NCBI GenBank assembly: GCA_043798915.1
Contig: JAZDOG010000007.1
Coordinates: 1 to 31,907 of the forward strand
Direction: 5' to 3'
DNA length: 31,907 bases
Origin: Pseudomonadota bacterium
GTDB taxonomy: Bacteria > UBA10199 > 2-02-FULL-44-16 > JAAZCA01
The notes below the pieces were generated by a model. That model was not told where the DNA came from and made no database searches. It saw only the letters and a program-made list of their open reading frames with translations. Position 1 is the first letter of the stretch. Each line of letters begins with the position of its first letter. Position numbers and translations under genes: made by a program. Shown piece after piece: positions 23,307 through 31,907 of the stretch.

Positions 23307-26300
23307 ATGGCAACCCTTCCTGTCCGCAGAATCCGCAAGGATTTTTCAAAGATCAGGCATGTGATAGATATCCCGCCCCTGATCGAGATACAGCAGAAGT
23401 CGTTCGCGCAGTTCCTGCAGGCCGATGTGCCGCCGGATCAGCGCACCGACGCTGGGTTGCAGGGTGTCTTCAAGAGCGTTTTCCCGATCAAGGGTTTCAA
23501 CCAGACCGCTTCGCTCGAATTTGTGAGCTACGCGCTCGACAAACCCAAATATGACGAGCTCGAGTGCCGCAACCGCGGCATGACCTATGCCGCCCCCATG
23601 CGCGTCATGGTGAGGCTGGTGGTCTGGGATGTGGACGAGGCGACCGGCGCGCAGTCGATCCGCGATGTGAAGGAGCAGGAGGTCTACTTCGGCGAGGTGC
23701 CGATCATGACGGAGTTCGGCACCTTCATCGTCAACGGGACGGAGAGGGTCATCGTCTCGCAGCTGCACAGAAGCCCGGGCGTATTCTTCGAACACGACAA
23801 GGGCAAGACTCATTCGTCCGGCAAACTGCTCTTTTCGGCGCGCATGATCCCATACCGCGGCGCCTGGCTCGATTTCGAATTCGATGCGAAGGACCTGATC
23901 TACGTCCGCATCGACCGCCGCCGCAAGATGCCTGCGACGATCCTCCTCAGGGCGCTGGGCTACTCGGTCGAGGAACTTCTCAATATCTATTACAAGCATG
24001 AGGTCATCTCCATTCCGGCGCGCAATCGCTTTGAAAAGGCTGCCATCCCCGAGCTCCTCAAATTCCAGCGTGCCACGAAGGACGTGAAGCACCCGAAGAC
24101 GGGGGAGACGATCGTCAAGAAGGGCAAGCGCTTCACGCGCTCGGCCCTCGAGGAGATATCCAAAGCAAAGGGGATGATGATTCCGATCGACGTCGAGGAT
24201 ATCGTGGGTCGCGTCGCGGCCACGGATATCGTGGATGCGTCCACGGGCGAAGTGGTGCTCGGGGTGGGCGAGGCTATCACCGAGAAGAACCTGGAGGATA
24301 TCCTGGACCGCAAGATCCAGGAGATAAAGCTCCTCTACATCGATGATCTGAACGTGGGACCCTACCTCCGCAACACGCTGATCGCGGACAAGGTGACGAA
24401 TCCCGAAGAGGCTAAGCTCGAGGTATACAGGAGGCTTCGCCCCGGCGATCCTTCGACGCCCGAGGCTGCGACAGCGCTCTTCGAAAATCTCTTCTTCAAT
24501 CCAGAGCGCTACGATCTCTCCAAGGTCGGGCGGCTCAAGCTCAACTACAAGTTCAGTTTCGATGTCCCTCTCGAGGTGGGTACCTTGCGCAAGGAGGACA
24601 TCCTCGAGACCGTCCGCTATCTGATCGGCTTGAGGGACGGCGAGGGCGAGATCGACGACATAGATCATCTGGGCAACCGGCGCGTCCGGTCTGTGGGCGA
24701 GCTGCTCGAGAACCAGTACCGCGTGGGGCTCGTTCGCATGGAGCGCGCCATACGCGAGAGGATGAGCCTGCAGGATGTCGAGACGCTGATGCCGCACGAC
24801 CTCATCAATTCGAAGCCGGTGTCGGCGGTCATCAAAGAGTTCTTCGGTTCAAGCCAGCTCTCCCAGTTCATGGACCAGACGAATCCGCTGTCAGAGGTTA
24901 CGCACAAGAGGCGCCTGTCGGCCCTGGGGCCGGGCGGCCTGACTCGCGAGAGGGCCGGGTTCGAAGTCCGCGACGTCCACCCGACGCACTACGGCCGCAT
25001 CTGCCCCATCGAGACGCCTGAAGGACCGAACATCGGTCTCATCGCGTCGCTCTCGACCTACGCACGCGTCAACGACTACGGATTTATCGAGACGCCGTAT
25101 CGCGAAGTGGAGGGCGGCAAGGTCGGAAGCGCGGTGCGCTATTGCACGGCGCTCGATGAGGCCGACCGCGCGATCGCGCAGGCCAACGTCGAGGTCGACA
25201 AGAAAGGGGCGCTCCTCGCAGAGAAGGTGCAGTGCCGCAAGCACTCCGAGTTTCTGCTCGCCGCGCGCGACGACGTGAAGCTCATGGACGTCTCGCCGCA
25301 GCAGCTGGTCTCGGTCGCCGCCGCGCTGATTCCGTTCCTCGAGCACGACGACGCAAACCGGGCGCTCATGGGATCGAACATGCAGCGCCAGGCAGTGCCT
25401 CTCCTCGTCTCCCAGGCTCCGATCATCGGCACCGGGATCGAGAGGATCGTCGCGAGGGATTCCGGCGTCACCGTCGTCGCGCGCCGCGACGGCATCGTGA
25501 CTGAAGTCGATGCGAACCGCGTCGTGGTTCGCGCAGACAAGGGCGAGCGCAAGAAGTTTTCGTCCGAGGTCGACATCTACAATCTCCTCAAATACCGCCG
25601 CTCGAACCAGAGCACATGCCTGAACCAGAGGCCGATCGTCAAGAAGGGCGAGAAGGTTCGCCGAGGTGATATCCTTGCGGACGGGCCGGCCACGGATGAG
25701 GGCGAGCTTGCGCTCGGGCAGAACATGATCGTGGCGTTCATGCCTTGGGGCGGATACAACTTCGAGGATTCGATCCTCATCAGCGAGCGCGTGCTCAAGG
25801 ACGACGCCTTCACCTCGATCCACATCGAGGAGTTCGAGTGCTCCGCCTGCGACACCAAGCTCGGCAAAGAGGATGTAACCCGCGACATACCGAACGTCGG
25901 CGAGGAAGCCCTGATGGACCTCGACGAGTCCGGCATCATCCGGATCGGCGCTGAAGTGAAGCCAGGCGATATCCTCGTCGGCAAAGTGACGCCAAAAGGC
26001 GAGACGCAGCTCTCGCCCGAGGAGAGGCTCCTGCGCGCGATCTTCGGCGACAAGGCCGGCGATGTTAAGGACACGAGCCTTCGAGTGCCTCCGGGAGTCG
26101 GTGGCGTGATCATCGGCGCCCAGGTCTTCTCCCGCGAGGGGGTGGACCTCGACGACCGTGCCAAGGAGATTCAGGACGAGGAGAAGGGCAAGATCAGCAA
26201 GGACCTGGAGGCCGAGCTCAAGGGCATCCGCGACACGGCGGCCAAGCGCATCAGACATCTGCTCGTCGGCAAGACCTCCACATCCAAGGTTATGGACGAG

Positions 26301-27416
26301 GATGAGGAGAGGGTGCTGCTCGCGAAGGGCAAGACGATCACCGAGGATATTTTATCCAAAATACCGATCAGGAAGTGGAGCGAGATATCCGTCGAAGGCG
26401 GCGAGGACATAGAGTCGGAACTCGCCGACGTCTTTGAGAGCATCGAGGAGCAGGAGGACATGGTCCGGATGATGTACGACCAGAAGATCTCACGCCTCAC
26501 CAAGGGCGATGAGCTGCCTCCCGGCGTCATCAAGATGGTCAAGGTCTACGTCGCGATCAAGCGCAAGCTCGCGGTCGGCGACAAGATGGCCGGGCGCCAT
26601 GGAAACAAAGGCGTCATCTCGCGCATCCTTCCCGAGGAGGACATGCCCTATCTGGAGGACGGCCGGCCGGTCGACATCGTGCTGAACCCCCTGGGCGTGC
26701 CGTCGCGTATGAACGTCGGCCAGATACTCGAGGCGCATCTCGGCTGGGCCGCAAGGACCCTGGGCGAGAAGCTGCAGGCGTTCCTCGATAAACAATATTC
26801 CCGCGACGATCTTGTCCGCGCCATAAAGAAAGTCTACCGCTCGGAGGCGATGGACGAGTTCCTCGGGAGTGCCCCAGAGGCGCAGATCAGGGAGATGGCC
26901 AGCAAGCTCAGAGGTGGAATCCCGTTCACGACGCCAGTCTTCGACGGCGCATCCGAGACAGAGGTCAAGGAGCTCCTCAAGGAGGCGGAACTGTCGCTCA
27001 GGGGCCAGACCATGCTCTTCGACGGCCGCTCGGGCGAGGCGTTCGACTCCCCTGTCACGGTGGGCCTCATGTACATCATGAAGCTGCATCACCTGGTGGA
27101 CGAGAAGATCCACGCGCGTTCGATCGGCCCCTATTCGCTCGTCACGCAACAGCCGTTGGGCGGCAAGGCGCAGTTCGGCGGACAGAGGCTGGGCGAGATG
27201 GAAGTATGGGCCCTCGAGGCCTACGGCGCTGCCTTTGCGCTCCAGGAATTCCTCACCGTCAAATCCGACGACGTCGCCGGACGAACGCGCATGTATGAGG
27301 CGATAGTGAAGGGCGAGAAGGTGATGGAGCCAGGGCTGCCAGAGTCGTTCAACGTGCTCATCAAGGAGCTGCAGGCCCTGTGCCTCGATGCGGAGTTGCT
27401 GGAATCGGAGAAGTGA
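23307..27416 (+). CDS. rpoB: DNA-directed RNA polymerase subunit beta
   Basis: [53 protein letters not shown] 23307 follows AAGGAG. Confidence 0.99.
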   Translation: MATLPVRRIRKDFSKIRHVIDIPPLIEIQQKSFAQFLQADVPPDQRTDAGLQGVFKSVFPIKGFNQTASLEFVSYALDKPKYDELECRNRGMTYAAPMRVMVRLVVWDVDEATGAQSIRDVKEQEVYFGEVPIMTEFGTFIVNGTERVIVSQLHRSPGVFFEHDKGKTHSSGKLLFSARMIPYRGAWLDFEFDAKDLIYVRIDRRRKMPATILLRALGYSVEELLNIYYKHEVISIPARNRFEKAAIPELLKFQRATKDVKHPKTGETIVKKGKRFTRSALEEISKAKGMMIPIDVEDIVGRVAATDIVDASTGEVVLGVGEAITEKNLEDILDRKIQEIKLLYIDDLNVGPYLRNTLIADKVTNPEEAKLEVYRRLRPGDPSTPEAATALFENLFFNPERYDLSKVGRLKLNYKFSFDVPLEVGTLRKEDILETVRYLIGLRDGEGEIDDIDHLGNRRVRSVGELLENQYRVGLVRMERAIRERMSLQDVETLMPHDLINSKPVSAVIKEFFGSSQLSQFMDQTNPLSEVTHKRRLSALGPGGLTRERAGFEVRDVHPTHYGRICPIETPEGPNIGLIASLSTYARVNDYGFIETPYREVEGGKVGSAVRYCTALDEADRAIAQANVEVDKKGALLAEKVQCRKHSEFLLAARDDVKLMDVSPQQLVSVAAALIPFLEHDDANRALMGSNMQRQAVPLLVSQAPIIGTGIERIVARDSGVTVVARRDGIVTEVDANRVVVRADKGERKKFSSEVDIYNLLKYRRSNQSTCLNQRPIVKKGEKVRRGDILADGPATDEGELALGQNMIVAFMPWGGYNFEDSILISERVLKDDAFTSIHIEEFECSACDTKLGKEDVTRDIPNVGEEALMDLDESGIIRIGAEVKPGDILVGKVTPKGETQLSPEERLLRAIFGDKAGDVKDTSLRVPPGVGGVIIGAQVFSREGVDLDDRAKEIQDEEKGKISKDLEAELKGIRDTAAKRIRHLLVGKTSTSKVMDEDEERVLLAKGKTITEDILSKIPIRKWSEISVEGGEDIESELADVFESIEEQEDMVRMMYDQKISRLTKGDELPPGVIKMVKVYVAIKRKLAVGDKMAGRHGNKGVISRILPEEDMPYLEDGRPVDIVLNPLGVPSRMNVGQILEAHLGWAARTLGEKLQAFLDKQYSRDDLVRAIKKVYRSEAMDEFLGSAPEAQIREMASKLRGGIPFTTPVFDGASETEVKELLKEAELSLRGQTMLFDGRSGEAFDSPVTVGLMYIMKLHHLVDEKIHARSIGPYSLVTQQPLGGKAQFGGQRLGEMEVWALEAYGAAFALQEFLTVKSDDVAGRTRMYEAIVKGEKVMEPGLPESFNVLIKELQALCLDAELLESEK

Positions 27417-27426
27417 GTCTGAAGCG

Positions 27427-27456
27427 CGAATTTCGATATTCGAAATTTCGAATTTT
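27427..27456. repeat. 7-8 bp degenerate tandem repeat (TCGAAAT-like) between rpoB and rpoC
   Basis: CGAATTT CGATATT CGAAATTT CGAATTTT, containing the palindrome TTCGAAATTTCGAA. Confidence 0.7.
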
Positions 27457-27475
27457 ATAGAGGCGAGAGGACACA

Positions 27476-31615
<4,140 letters not shown>

Positions 31616-31621
31616 TCTACA

Positions 31622-31741
31622 TATCCAGCCGGGGAGTTGTCTATTGCCGGACATAACTTCGGAGGGGGAAACCCCCTCCCCGCGCCTTCTGGCGCGGTTC
31701 CCCTCCCCATGTCCTGCAACAGACAACTCCCCGTCTGGATA
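31622..31741. repeat. 120-bp palindromic MITE/REP-like element after rpoC
   Basis: 33-bp inverted arms 31622-31654 and 31709-31741 (3 mismatches) enclosing the hairpins GGAGGGGGAAACCCCCTCC and CCGCGCCTTCTGGCGCGG. Confidence 0.82.
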
Positions 31742-31806
31742 CTCCGAAATTTTCATTGTTAAAATACTAGCCCAACTTGCGCAAAATGAGCATGCTGGTT
31801 GTTAAA

Positions 31807-31819
31807 AATCAGTAAGTTA
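31807..31819 (+). promoter_or_regulatory. IHF-like binding site
   Basis: AATCAGTAAGTTA matches WATCARNNNNTTR in an AT-rich context; TGGCAC follows at 31830 but without a correctly spaced GC. Confidence 0.45.
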
Positions 31820-31907
31820 GCGAAAAAGTTGGCACTACATTCCCTTGCAGGATGTTGATGGGTGAAGCGAGCTGTAATCGACGGGCGCGGCGATCTTCAG
31901 TTCTCCA

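Noticed and set aside
24840..24930. Rifampicin-resistance substitutions in RpoB cluster I
   Set aside because: [25 protein letters not shown] retains the usual sensitive residues.
31830..31850. Sigma54 promoter at TGGCACTACATTCCC
   Set aside because: -24 element present but no GC at the required GG-N10-GC spacing; only the IHF-like site was kept.

Overview
Chromosomal window of a GC-rich bacterium. The gene order (ispG-proS-pyrF ... rlmB-tRNA Thr/Tyr/Gly/Thr-tuf-rpmG-tRNA Trp-secE-nusG-rplKAJL-rpoBC), the Cys-containing C-terminal sorting tail and the sigma54 motif suggest a deltaproteobacteria-like lineage (inference). The left ~10 kb is accessory-like: a 5'-truncated protein built from five ~97-100 aa tandem repeats, a toxin-first RelE/HigB-XRE toxin-antitoxin pair, an ion-transporter-superfamily antiporter, recO, a TonB-C-terminal protein, two orphan lipoproteins, a PTS EIIA/C4 zinc-ribbon fusion, and an exported protein paired with a matrixin-like metalloprotease. 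The remainder is housekeeping, interrupted by a sigma54-type orphan gene, a single-domain response regulator and an EF-G paralog. The best candidate for a new system is the tandem-repeat protein (XRE-HTH-like units with two hypervariable, apparently shuffled segments). Other oddities: PyrF with a Lys-to-Glu active-site change, five tRNA genes all followed by 'CA' rather than CCA, an atypical EF-Tu switch I, three different ~90-120 bp palindromic elements, and 7-8 bp tandem repeat tracts at gene junctions. All family assignments come from motif recognition by eye; no searches were run.
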